NCBI GenBank assembly: GCA_036986275.1
Contig: BTRG01000002.1
Span: 9,387-73,386 of the forward strand
Direction: 5' to 3'
DNA length: 64,000 nucleotides
From: Gammaproteobacteria bacterium
GTDB taxonomy: Bacteria > Pseudomonadota > Gammaproteobacteria > Acidiferrobacterales > SZUA-150
This document shows, one piece after another, positions 7,379 to 15,945 of the stretch (its first letter is position 1; every line of letters starts with the position of its first letter). The position numbers were made by a program, and so were the translations under genes. The notes beneath the pieces were generated by a model. It was not told where the DNA came from, did not search any database, and worked only from the letters and a program-made list of their open reading frames with translations.

Positions 7379-7474
7379 TTTCTGATGGACGGTTCGTGCC
7401 CATAATTCGGAACCCGTTAGAATGCGCGCATTATAGGGTATTCGTGACAGAAAGTTTTAAGGGATTTTGACGGC

Positions 7475-8863
7475 ATGGCGGCAAATAAAAAAACACGAAA
7501 AAAACCGGCGCCGGAGCGATGGTCTTCTGAATGGATATTTGTGCTCGCCGCAAGCGGTGTGGCCATAGGCCTGCATAATGTCTGGCAGTTTGCCTTCACC
7601 GTAGGCGAATTTGGTGGTGGTGCCTTCCTGTTGGTGTATGTGGGCTTTTTGTTGTTGCTTGGTTTGCCCTTATTGATGTCAGAAATCATGGTTGGACGCC
7701 TGGGTCGGGGCTCGCCTATCCACAGCATCAAGGCCCTGGTGGACAGGACGGACAGTGACCCGAACTGGCATTTATTGGGCTCCCTCAAGACCTTTACCGG
7801 TCTACTTGTGTTGTCATACTTGAGTGTGATCGCCGGCTGGACGTTGGCCTATGTGTTGCGCGCCGCGTCGGGGATGTTTGGCGGCTTAACGGCTGATGGT
7901 GTCAACGGATTGTTTGCGGCTTTTGCCAGTGATCCCGAGAAACAAATTTTCTGGCACAGCCTGTTCATGATGATGACCATGGTGGTGGTGGCGCGAGGCG
8001 TCCGACGTGGATTTGAGCCCGTGGTGCGCAAACTGGTACCGGTGCTGTTTGTCCTGTTGTCGATCCTGTTGCTGTATGCCTCAACCACGGCAGGGATAGG
8101 CAGGGCCTTGAGTCAGGTGTTTGCTATAGATTTTAGCAGTTTGGGGTTCAAGGGTATCTTGAGCGCCATGGCCCATGCCTTTTTTACCCTGGGCCTGGGG
8201 TTTGGCGCCATGATGATGTATGGCGCTTATTTGCCAGAAGAGGCCTCAATTACTCGCGCGTCCCTGGCGATTATTGCCCTCGATACCCTGGCCGGCTTAA
8301 TGGCCGCCATCGTGGTGACGGCGATTCTGATTTCGGGGGATCAGCTTGCTGTCTCGGGTCCAATATTGGTGTTCCAGGCCTTACCGCTGGCGCTGGATGT
8401 CTTGCCACATAGCGAGCTGGTGGCCACTTTACTCTTTTTATTCCTCGGTATCGCCGCCTGGCTGACGGCCATTGCCCTGGTGGAGCCGGCCATGGCCTGG
8501 TTAACGGTGGCGCATAAAATGACACGCTTCCAGGCATCCATCTGGTGCGGCTTATCCGCCTGGGCCCTGGGTATCGTGACCATCTTGTCCTTTAACTACT
8601 GGGCCTTTGATTTTGAATTCTTTGGTATCAAGAAACATCTGGGTTTCTTTGATATGCTGCAGATCGTCACCTCAAACTTTCTGCTGCCTTTGGCGGGATT
8701 GCTGGTGGCATTGTTTGCCGGCTGGTCGCTGGAACGCGGCATTACAGGCGAGACTCTTAACATCAAATCACCCTATCTTTATAATACCTGGTTGTGGTTG
8801 GTACGAATTATTGTGCCGGCGTTGTTGGTAATTATTGCGATCAGTGTTTCCCGTTTATTTTAA
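7475..8863 (+). CDS. Sodium-dependent transporter, neurotransmitter:sodium symporter (SNF/NSS) family
   Basis: WSSEWIFVLAASGVAIGLHNVWQFAFTVGEFGGGAFLLVYVGFLLLLGLPLLMSEIMVGR is the NSS signature region. The product is a 462-aa polytopic protein. Confidence 0.85.
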   Translation: MAANKKTRKKPAPERWSSEWIFVLAASGVAIGLHNVWQFAFTVGEFGGGAFLLVYVGFLLLLGLPLLMSEIMVGRLGRGSPIHSIKALVDRTDSDPNWHLLGSLKTFTGLLVLSYLSVIAGWTLAYVLRAASGMFGGLTADGVNGLFAAFASDPEKQIFWHSLFMMMTMVVVARGVRRGFEPVVRKLVPVLFVLLSILLLYASTTAGIGRALSQVFAIDFSSLGFKGILSAMAHAFFTLGLGFGAMMMYGAYLPEEASITRASLAIIALDTLAGLMAAIVVTAILISGDQLAVSGPILVFQALPLALDVLPHSELVATLLFLFLGIAAWLTAIALVEPAMAWLTVAHKMTRFQASIWCGLSAWALGIVTILSFNYWAFDFEFFGIKKHLGFFDMLQIVTSNFLLPLAGLLVALFAGWSLERGITGETLNIKSPYLYNTWLWLVRIIVPALLVIIAISVSRLF

Positions 8864-9294
8864 TGACAACTGTTCATAAGTCTGCATTAGTGCCTTACAG
8901 TGCGGAGAAAATGTATGCCCTGGTATCGGATATCGATGCCTACCCGGAGTTTCTGTCCTGGTGCGGGGGTACACGCATTCATACCCATGAGGATAATGTT
9001 GTTGTCGCTTCCATTGATATCGCTTACAGCGGTATACACAAATCGTTTACCACGCGGAACGAACTGGACCCCGGCAAGGCCATGGTCATGCATCTGCGGA
9101 ATGGACCCTTCAAGCGTCTCGAAGGCGTGTGGCGTTTTGATGCCCTCGACGAAAATGCCTGCAAGGTGTCGTTGCACCTGGAGTTTGAATTTTCCAATGC
9201 CCTGTTGCGCCTGACTCTGGGCCCGGTATTTGAGTCCATCGCCAATCATTTGATTGATCAGTTTCAGCAACGCGCCGAAGCGTTATATGGTTAA
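8863..9294 (+). CDS. ratA: RatA/PasT-family SRPBCC protein (ribosome association toxin / CoQ-binding family)
   Basis: MTTVHKSALVPYSAEKMYALVSDIDAYPEFLSWCGG... aligns with E. coli RatA (YfjG). ATG 8863 overlaps the upstream stop (TAATG). Confidence 0.85.
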   Translation: MTTVHKSALVPYSAEKMYALVSDIDAYPEFLSWCGGTRIHTHEDNVVVASIDIAYSGIHKSFTTRNELDPGKAMVMHLRNGPFKRLEGVWRFDALDENACKVSLHLEFEFSNALLRLTLGPVFESIANHLIDQFQQRAEALYG

Positions 9295-9303
9295 GTGGTA
9301 AGC

Positions 9304-9579
9304 ATGAACGTAGAAGTTGTGTTTGCCAGTGAGCACGATCAGGCGATTGTGCCTGTCTCGCTGGCCAAGGGCAGTACCCTGGAAGATGCCATTCGGCATT
9401 CAGGTATACTGCGGCAATTTCCGGAGATTGATCTTAAAAAGTGTGCTGTAGGGATATTCAGCAAACGCGCCGCCCTGACAGATGTTGTCAGGGAGGGGGA
9501 CCGTATTGAGATATACCGTCGCCTGCGGATTGACCCCAAAGAGGCGCGACGTCATCGCGCCAGGCTGAAGTCTTCTTAA
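9304..9579 (+). CDS. rnfH: RnfH-family ubiquitin-like protein (RatB/YfjF)
   Basis: MNVEVVFASEHDQAIVPVSLAKGSTLEDAIRHSGILRQFPEIDL..GIFSKRAALTDVVREGDRIEIYRRLRIDPKEARR, in the conserved position after ratA. Confidence 0.8.
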   Translation: MNVEVVFASEHDQAIVPVSLAKGSTLEDAIRHSGILRQFPEIDLKKCAVGIFSKRAALTDVVREGDRIEIYRRLRIDPKEARRHRARLKSS

Positions 9580-9591
9580 CCCTGTCGCGAT

Positions 9592-10017
9592 TTATTCCGG
9601 TGATGTGGCGGGGCTTCCGGGTTTGGCCTTGTTTGTGTCTGAGGCGCCACTGCGATCATAGACCCTGGGTTCGATGCGCAAGGCATTGCTATCATCTTTC
9701 TCAGGTTCAGGGTGGGTTTCCATGCGCACGAGTTTTGCTGACTCGAAGAACAACGTCAGCCTGCGCTGCTCATAGTCGCTGGCGCCGTCTTTGATCAAGG
9801 CGAAGTAATAGTCCCACCGTTGCTGATGAAACGGATCGGTGACCAGCGGTGACCCGAGCACGAAACGTACTTGTCTTGGGGTCATGCCGGGCTTGAGCTT
9901 GTCCACCATGTCCTGAGTAATGACATTGCCCTGCTGGACATCCGGGACATACAGCAACCACTGGCAACCATTCAGGAATACACTTAATAGTACAAGGGGT
10001 AAGGCGAGACGCCACAT
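9592..10017 (-). CDS. bamE: Outer membrane protein assembly factor BamE (SmpA/OmlA)
   Basis: Lipoprotein signal LLSVFLNGC followed by VPDVQQGNVITQDMVDKLKPGMTPRQVRFVLGSPLVTDPF. Confidence 0.9.
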   Translation of the reverse strand: MWRLALPLVLLSVFLNGCQWLLYVPDVQQGNVITQDMVDKLKPGMTPRQVRFVLGSPLVTDPFHQQRWDYYFALIKDGASDYEQRRLTLFFESAKLVRMETHPEPEKDDSNALRIEPRVYDRSGASDTNKAKPGSPATSPE

Positions 10018-10115
10018 TTTGCTAATCCGGGATCACCTGTTTAAACTGGGCCGGCATCATAACCCAGCCCCGGGAGGGATGGTAGCGCATCGCCGCTGCA
10101 TCAGATTCCAGGTAT

Positions 10116-10550
10116 ATGAGTGATATTGATTTAAAAAAAGCCGGCCTCAAAGCGACCCTGCCACGTCTGAAGATTCTGAATATTCTTGAATCTGCGGAAA
10201 CCGATCACATGTCCGCCGAAGATGTGTACAAGCATTTGCTGGAGGCGGGAGAAGAAGTGGGTTTGGCCACGGTTTATCGGGTGTTGACGCAGTTTGAGAA
10301 TGCAGGCCTTTTGTTGCGTCATAAGTTTGAAGGGGATCGTGCGGTCTATGAACTCAATCAGGGGGGTCACCACGATCACATGGTATGTGTAGAGTGCGGG
10401 CGTGTGTTTGAGTTTGTAGATAATGCTATTGAAGAAAGACAGCAGCAGGTGGCCAAGGCCGCGGGTTTTGTGACCGAGGATCACACTTTATATATGTATG
10501 GTGTGTGTGAAGGCATGAAAAAGGACGGCGTCTGTTCCAAGCGCGACTAG
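10116..10550 (+). CDS. fur: Ferric uptake regulator
   Basis: LKKAGLKATLPRLKILNILE...MSAEDVYKHLLEAGEEVGLATVYRVLTQFENAGLL...HHDHMVCVECGRVFEF. Confidence 0.95.
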   Translation: MSDIDLKKAGLKATLPRLKILNILESAETDHMSAEDVYKHLLEAGEEVGLATVYRVLTQFENAGLLLRHKFEGDRAVYELNQGGHHDHMVCVECGRVFEFVDNAIEERQQQVAKAAGFVTEDHTLYMYGVCEGMKKDGVCSKRD

Positions 10551-10783
10551 TACTCCGTCAAGTTAGTATTGATGGGTTCAGAGCTAGTGTATTCTCCCTG
10601 GGGAGGGTATCGTAAAAGTGGGTTGTGCGTAGGTTGGTGCTGAGGTACGAAGCCCAACATAAATGATTGACTAAACGCACATGTTGGGCTTCGTACCTCA
10701 GCACCAACCTACAAAAGACTTTTACAATACCCATAGGAAGGAGCCGATCATTACCCATCAAAGCAACCTTGTTGGAGTACTAG
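10547..10783. mobile_element. ~237-bp imperfect palindromic (MITE/REP-like) element between convergent fur and GNAT genes
   Basis: The core arms 10631-10660 and 10681-10710 form a perfect 30-bp inverted repeat. A middle pair, GGGTATCGTAAAAGT (10605-10619) and ACTTTTACAATACCC (10718-10732), matches at 14 of 15. The termini are CTAGTACTCC (10547-10556) and GGAGTACTAG (10774-10783), with further partial pairing. TA dinucleotides flank the GTACTCC termini. Confidence 0.65.
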
Positions 10784-10799
10784 CCGGTTAGTCGCGGGC

Positions 10800-11342
10800 T
10801 TAGCTACCGGTGCGACCGAGATCCCGTAGCACGGCAATTTCATCGCAGTTGTCGTATTTATAACACTTGATACAAATGCCCCAGACCTTTTCCGGCAGCG
10901 TGTCTTTAGGCACGGTTTTGAAGTCGAGCTTGTGAAAGAAGTCAGGCACATAGGTCAGAGCCATTAACTGTTTCAGGCCCAGCAGTCGAGCCTCCTCAAT
11001 AATGCCTTCGACCAGTTTGCGTCCCAGCCCCAGTTTATTGAATTGAGAGTCCACTACCAGGCTGCGTACCTCGGCCAGGGTCTCGGTAAAGATTTCCAGT
11101 GCGCCGCAGGCCACGATTTTATTCTGATGTTCAGCAACAAAGAAGTCACGTAAGTGGCGGTAGATTTCATTCATGGGGCGCGGCAACAAATTGCCCATCT
11201 CGGCATAGCCTTCAATAAGATGGTGTATCGCGGCGACATCATAAATGGTAGCCGGTCGCACAATCGCATCAATAGAAGGTTGTACGGCCGATGAGTCCTG
11301 ATGGGTGTCAGGCAGTGGCACGGCTAAGCATGTCCTCTGCAT
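10800..11342 (-). CDS. GNAT-family N-acetyltransferase (short ArgA-like, COG1246 type)
   Basis: IVRPATIYDVAAIHHLIEGYAE...ACGALEIF..LAEVRSLVVDSQFNKLGLGRKLVE...PEKVWGICIKCYKYDNCDEIA. The ORF-track start overlaps recN by 35 nt, so the true start may be GTG 11321 or GTG 11261. Confidence 0.75.
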   Translation of the reverse strand: MQRTCLAVPLPDTHQDSSAVQPSIDAIVRPATIYDVAAIHHLIEGYAEMGNLLPRPMNEIYRHLRDFFVAEHQNKIVACGALEIFTETLAEVRSLVVDSQFNKLGLGRKLVEGIIEEARLLGLKQLMALTYVPDFFHKLDFKTVPKDTLPEKVWGICIKCYKYDNCDEIAVLRDLGRTGS

Positions 11343-12981
11343 GATCCAGTGTTTGTTGACTGATTTCTATCCCACCCAACATGCGCGCCACTTCGGCAAT
11401 GCGTTGGACCTCATCCAGTTCCTTGATCTGGGTAGAGGTGTCATCGTTCTCCGTCTGTTTGCTCACTTGCAGATGTTGCTGTCCCTGGGCGGCCACCTGC
11501 GGCAGGTGCGTGATGCATAACACCTGTCGGTTAGCACCCAGGGCGCGTAATTGTTTGCCTACGACTTCGGCAATGCGACCGCCAATACCGACATCCACTT
11601 CATCGAAGATCAGGGTGGGGATGCGCCCCAGACCGGCAATGACAACCTGCAACGCCAGGCTGATACGTGAGAGTTCGCCACCGGAGGCGACCTTGCTCAG
11701 GGGTCTGCTGTCCTGCCCCGGGTTGGCGCTGACCAGGAATTCAATACGATCACGACCATATGCAGTGATCTCGTCTTTATCCAGATCCGTGCAGCCCACC
11801 TCGAAATGTCCACCTTCCATGCCCAGTTCCTGCATCCTTTCAGTGATTTCCTGGCCCAGTTTTATGGCAGCGTGTCGGCGTTTGCTGGAGATGATCGAAG
11901 CCAGCGCGCCATATACTTCCCGTGCCTGTGTCAAGGCCGATTCCAGCCCGGCAAGATTATTATCTGCATCATTAAGATCGGCCAGTTCCTGTGACAGGCG
12001 CCCAAAGACATCGGGCAGTTCCGCGGCCTTAACCTGATGTTTGCGTGACAGGTCGTGTATGAATGCCAGTCTTTCGTTCAGCCATTGCAGGCGTTGCGGG
12101 TCCAGTTCCAGACTGTTCAGGTATTGATGCAATTGGGATGCTGCTTCGTCGATTTGAATGATAGCTTCATTGAGTAGCGTGGTGCTGTCATCCAGGCGCG
12201 CATCATGCTCGCCCAGTTGTTCCAGTTGCTGCGTGGTGCGCGCCAATAATTGACTGAGCGCATGTTCGTCGTCATCGTAGAGGGTGTGCACCGCGGCTTG
12301 TACACCTTCGAGCAAGCTGGCGCCATGGCTGAGACGATGGTGCTCGTTTTCCAGTTCCGGTACCTCTTCCTTGCTTAACGACAGGGTCTCCAGTTCCCTG
12401 CATTGGTATCGCAGGACCTCAAGTCGCGCTTCCCTGTTCTGTGCCTGATTCTTGAGCTGAGCCAATCGGGTCTGCAGTTCACGAAGTTCTTTAAAGTGGT
12501 TTCCCAGTTCAGATACCTCCTTGCCAATACCGGTATAGTCATCCAGTATTTGTCGCTGGGCCGTGCGTTTAAGCAGGGACTGGTGTTCGTGTTGACCATG
12601 AACATCCACCAGTAATTGCCCCAGTTCCTTTACCGATTGCACCGGTACGGGCCGACTATTGATAAAGGCCTTGGAAGGCTTGTCACGCTGTATGACGCGT
12701 CGTAACAGACATTCGCCATCATCGAATAAGTCGTGTTTTTTCAGCCATAGTGCGGCATCGCTGTCAGGTGTCAGCTCAAAGGCGGCAATGACTTCGGCAT
12801 GGGCTGCGCCCTGCCTGATGGCGTTGCTGTCGGCGCGCTCCCCCAATGCCAGCGCCAGTGCATCTATCAATATGGATTTACCGGCACCGGTTTCACCCGT
12901 CATGACACTGAGCCCGGATGACAGTCCCAGGTCTAACTGCTGCACGATAGCAAAGTCCCTTATATAAAAATGATTCAGCAT
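11308..12981 (-). CDS. recN: DNA repair protein RecN
   Basis: MLNHFYIRDFAIVQQLDLGLSSGLSVMTGETGAGKSILIDAL contains the Walker A motif, and the C-terminal SGGELSRISLAL is the signature motif. ATG 12981 lies 2 nt after the nadK stop. Confidence 0.95.
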   Translation of the reverse strand: MLNHFYIRDFAIVQQLDLGLSSGLSVMTGETGAGKSILIDALALALGERADSNAIRQGAAHAEVIAAFELTPDSDAALWLKKHDLFDDGECLLRRVIQRDKPSKAFINSRPVPVQSVKELGQLLVDVHGQHEHQSLLKRTAQRQILDDYTGIGKEVSELGNHFKELRELQTRLAQLKNQAQNREARLEVLRYQCRELETLSLSKEEVPELENEHHRLSHGASLLEGVQAAVHTLYDDDEHALSQLLARTTQQLEQLGEHDARLDDSTTLLNEAIIQIDEAASQLHQYLNSLELDPQRLQWLNERLAFIHDLSRKHQVKAAELPDVFGRLSQELADLNDADNNLAGLESALTQAREVYGALASIISSKRRHAAIKLGQEITERMQELGMEGGHFEVGCTDLDKDEITAYGRDRIEFLVSANPGQDSRPLSKVASGGELSRISLALQVVIAGLGRIPTLIFDEVDVGIGGRIAEVVGKQLRALGANRQVLCITHLPQVAAQGQQHLQVSKQTENDDTSTQIKELDEVQRIAEVARMLGGIEISQQTLDHAEDMLSRATA

Positions 12982-12983
12982 GT

Positions 12984-13865
12984 CTAGAGTTTCTCGCCCC
13001 AATGCAGTTTGGCGCGCAACACTTCATAGTGATTTCGACGTGTGGGGTGGATTAGCTTCACTGTGTGTTCCAGTCGGCGTACAAATATGTGATCCTGATC
13101 CTGTAATGAAAAACCGGCCTGACCGTCTAACGTTAAAAAGACACGCTGGCCCACCAGTTCCATAATCACAATTTCAACGATACTGTCACTGCTGACCACC
13201 AGCGGTCTGTCACTAAAGGTATGTGGACAAATGGGCACGATGGCCATGGCCTCGAGTGTAGGGTGCAGTATGGGGCCTCCGGCAGACATGGCATAGGCCG
13301 TAGAGCCCGTCGGTGTGGCCACAATGATGCCGTCGGCACGCAAGCTGTGTACAAACTCGCCATCGAGATACATTTCAAATTCGATCAGACGCGCCAATTC
13401 GCCCTTGGTAATGACGGCATCATTGAATGCCTTGGCGCTGTGGGCGATTTTGCCGGCACGCATGACCTCGGTGCTCAGCAGGAAGCGCTCTTCAGTTTCG
13501 TAATCCCCTTCCAGGATTCTTTCGACTTCCTGCATCATGGCTTCGGGAGGGATATCGGTAAGAAAGCCCAGGCGCCCCTTGTTTACACCCACAATCAGGA
13601 CATCATGCTCGGCAAGATGGCATGAAACATTCAGCATGGTGCCGTCACCGCCCATGACGATGGCGAGATCGATGTGGCCACCGATTTTCTCGCGTGGCAA
13701 GGTGGTGACGGAGGGCAGGCCCCTCACCCCATCGGCGGCCGTGTCTTCCAGTACGACGCTGATCTGCCTGTTCAACAGATACTCCGCCAGTTGCAACAGC
13801 ATTTTGCTGGAGTCCTGGTCACCATATTTGCCGATGAGGCCTACACGTTTAATCGATTTTGCCAT
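12984..13865 (-). CDS. nadK: NAD(+) kinase
   Basis: DLAIVMGGDGTMLN and PTGSTAYAMSAGGPILHP motifs; 293 aa. Confidence 0.92.
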   Translation of the reverse strand: MAKSIKRVGLIGKYGDQDSSKMLLQLAEYLLNRQISVVLEDTAADGVRGLPSVTTLPREKIGGHIDLAIVMGGDGTMLNVSCHLAEHDVLIVGVNKGRLGFLTDIPPEAMMQEVERILEGDYETEERFLLSTEVMRAGKIAHSAKAFNDAVITKGELARLIEFEMYLDGEFVHSLRADGIIVATPTGSTAYAMSAGGPILHPTLEAMAIVPICPHTFSDRPLVVSSDSIVEIVIMELVGQRVFLTLDGQAGFSLQDQDHIFVRRLEHTVKLIHPTRRNHYEVLRAKLHWGEKL

Positions 13866-13988
13866 GCTGAGAGATTTGTTAGTTCGTGAGCTAAAGCTAA
13901 CACGGGTCTCCCCTGCGTGGTATCCCCGAGTATCGACAGGGACGTAGACAGCGTGTTCGACCTTGCATGCCAGGGGGTTGGGCCTTGG

Positions 13989-14017
13989 TTGACACTTTGT
14001 GATCGGATTGCTAGCTT
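13989..14017 (+). promoter_or_regulatory. Candidate sigma70 promoter of hrcA (TTGACA-N17-TAGCTT)
   Basis: TTGACA at 13989-13994, a 17-nt spacer, then TAGCTT at 14012-14017, immediately followed by the CIRCE element. Confidence 0.45.
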
Positions 14018-14019
14018 CA

Positions 14020-14046
14020 TTGGCACTCGTATTTTATGAGTGCCAA
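14020..14046. promoter_or_regulatory. CIRCE operator (HrcA binding site)
   Basis: TTGGCACTC-gtattttat-GAGTGCCAA is a perfect 9-bp inverted repeat with a 9-nt spacer. It differs from the consensus TTAGCACTC-N9-GAGTGCTAA at one position per arm. Confidence 0.85.
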
Positions 14047-14068
14047 GCCGCGGAGAGCCTCAATCCAC

Positions 14069-15109
14069 ATGCCCACCCTGGATCAACGATCTGAAATTCT
14101 GTTGCGTACTCTGATTGAGCGCTATATCACTGATGGCGCGCCGGTAGGGTCGCGTACCCTGGCCAGGCATTCCGGGCTGGAGGTCAGTCCCGCCACCATA
14201 CGTAATGTCATGGCCGATCTTGAGGACATGGGGCTGATTATTTCCCCTCACACATCGGCGGGACGGGTGCCTACCCAGATGGGCTATCGGGTCTTTGTTG
14301 ACTCGTTAATCCAGGTGCAACCATTGAATCAGGGCACCATGATGAAGCTTGAAGGTGAATTGGTGGAGGTCCAGAACCGCCCCCAGGCGATAGAGGCCGC
14401 CAGCGGATTATTGTCAGAGCTGACCCGGTTGGCCGCGGTAGTGTCCGTACCTGGCAGCACACCCGGCTCGGGTTTCAGGCAGATTGAGTTTGTCGGTCTG
14501 AACAATAACCGGGTGCTGGTGATTCTGGTGACGGGGGATGGCGAGGTGCAAAACCGTATCATATACACCGAGCGGGTTTATTCCGATGCTGAGCTGGTGC
14601 AGGCCGCCAATCATTTTAATGAGGCCTATACAGGTCAGAGTCTGGGCGGTGTAAAGGAAAAGTTGCTCCGGGAAATAGAGCAAGACAGTGAACGTATGCA
14701 ACAGACCATGCGTACGGCGGTGGAAATGGCGCAGAAGCTGTTTGCCGCCGGTGACGACGACAAGGAGACCCTGGTAGTGCGCGGTGAGTCCAATCTCATG
14801 GATATTCCCGATTTGGGAGATATGCATACTTTGAGAAAGCTGTTTGATGCCTTTGGCGCCAAGCGCGATTTGTTGCATTTGCTCGATGAAAGCATGCGCG
14901 GCCCAGGGGTGAAGATATTCATTGGTAATGAATCGGGCTATGAGGCCCTGGAAGAGTGCAGCGTGGTGGTGGCGCCTTACAAGGTTGACGAAGAAACGAT
15001 AGGTATGTTGGGTGTGGTGGGTCCGACACGCATGTCATACGAGCGCGTCATCCCGATTGTTGATATTACCGCCAAATTGCTGGGCAATGCCTTGACCCTG
15101 AGTGACTAA
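14069..15109 (+). CDS. hrcA: Heat-inducible transcription repressor HrcA
   Basis: MPTLDQRSEILLRTLIERYITDGAPVGSRTLARHSGLEVSPATIRNVMADLEDMGLI. The ORF-track ATG 14036 lies inside CIRCE, so ATG 14069 is preferred. Confidence 0.9.
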   Translation: MPTLDQRSEILLRTLIERYITDGAPVGSRTLARHSGLEVSPATIRNVMADLEDMGLIISPHTSAGRVPTQMGYRVFVDSLIQVQPLNQGTMMKLEGELVEVQNRPQAIEAASGLLSELTRLAAVVSVPGSTPGSGFRQIEFVGLNNNRVLVILVTGDGEVQNRIIYTERVYSDAELVQAANHFNEAYTGQSLGGVKEKLLREIEQDSERMQQTMRTAVEMAQKLFAAGDDDKETLVVRGESNLMDIPDLGDMHTLRKLFDAFGAKRDLLHLLDESMRGPGVKIFIGNESGYEALEECSVVVAPYKVDEETIGMLGVVGPTRMSYERVIPIVDITAKLLGNALTLSD

Positions 15110-15114
15110 ACACC

Positions 15115-15143
15115 CTTGAAATCCTGTATGCATGGCCCCATCT
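15115..15143 (+). promoter_or_regulatory. Sigma32 (RpoH) heat-shock promoter upstream of grpE
   Basis: CTTGAAA (15115-15121), a 14-nt spacer, then CCCCATCT (15136-15143). This matches the consensus CTTGAAA-N13/14-CCCCATNT completely. Confidence 0.75.
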
Positions 15144-15209
15144 CGGTGGCCGGGATGGCCGACAGCCAGAGACACATGAACACAAAAGACTTTCGGAGAA
15201 TTTCAGTCC

Positions 15210-15821
15210 ATGAGCAAGAAAAACCCTGACGCCTACACAGAAACCGAGACACAGGGTGCTGAAGAGGCGGAAACAAGCGTCGAATCTGAAGCATCGGTTG
15301 AATTGGAAGCCGAGAAATCCTGGCGGCAAGGCCTGCCGGCGCCGACCCTGGAGGCCTTTGAGACCGAGCTGGAAGAGGCCTATGCCGAAGCTGCTGACAA
15401 CAAGGATATGTACCTGCGCGCCATGGCCGAAACCGATAATATCCGCCGCCGTACCGAGACTGATATCGCCAACGCCCACAAATATGCCATAGACAAGTTT
15501 GCCGCCGAGATCCTGACGGTGCGTGACAGTCTGGAGCTGGCCCGGGCAGCGGAGGTACAGGCCGATAATGAGAGAGCCCTGGAGAAAATGCATGAAGGGT
15601 TGGATATGACCTTGCAACAACTGGATAGCGTGTTTGAGAAGTTCAATTTGCGGATTATCGACCCTGAGGGCGAGCAGTTTGATCCTGAGCAACACCAGGC
15701 CATCAGCATGGTGGAATCCGATGAGGTGGAGCCCAACCATATCCTGACCGTGGTGCAAAAGGGCTGTTGGTTAAACGAGCGTCTGCTGCGGCCGGCCATG
15801 GTGGTGGTGGCCAAGGCCTGA
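15210..15821 (+). CDS. grpE: Nucleotide exchange factor GrpE
   Basis: YLRAMAETDNIRRRTE...AHKYAIDKFAAEILTVRDSLE...VVQKGCWLNERLLRPAMVVVAK. Confidence 0.95.
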   Translation: MSKKNPDAYTETETQGAEEAETSVESEASVELEAEKSWRQGLPAPTLEAFETELEEAYAEAADNKDMYLRAMAETDNIRRRTETDIANAHKYAIDKFAAEILTVRDSLELARAAEVQADNERALEKMHEGLDMTLQQLDSVFEKFNLRIIDPEGEQFDPEQHQAISMVESDEVEPNHILTVVQKGCWLNERLLRPAMVVVAKA

Positions 15822-15854
15822 GACGTTATATCAATAAGTTAGCGTTCATTAACG

Positions 15855-15883
15855 CTTGATAAGTCAGGGATCAGGCCCCACAA
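15855..15883 (+). promoter_or_regulatory. Sigma32-like promoter upstream of dnaK
   Basis: CTTGATA (15855-15861), a 14-nt spacer, then CCCCACAA (15876-15883). It matches the consensus at 6 of 7 positions in the -35 element and at CCCCA in the -10 element. Confidence 0.5.
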
Positions 15884-15945
15884 AATGACATAGAGCCTGA
15901 ACAGCTATGAACAGATTTCAGAATTAGGTATTTGAGGACAAAAAA

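Noticed and set aside
10018-10115. Search for a Fur box upstream of fur
   Set aside because: I recognised no GATAATGATAATCATTATC-like 19-mer in the bamE-fur spacer.
12984-13080. Search for a LexA/SOS box upstream of recN
   Set aside because: recN starts 2 nt after the nadK stop, and I saw no CTGT-N8-ACAG-type motif in the nadK 3-prime end. I cannot claim SOS regulation from this sequence.
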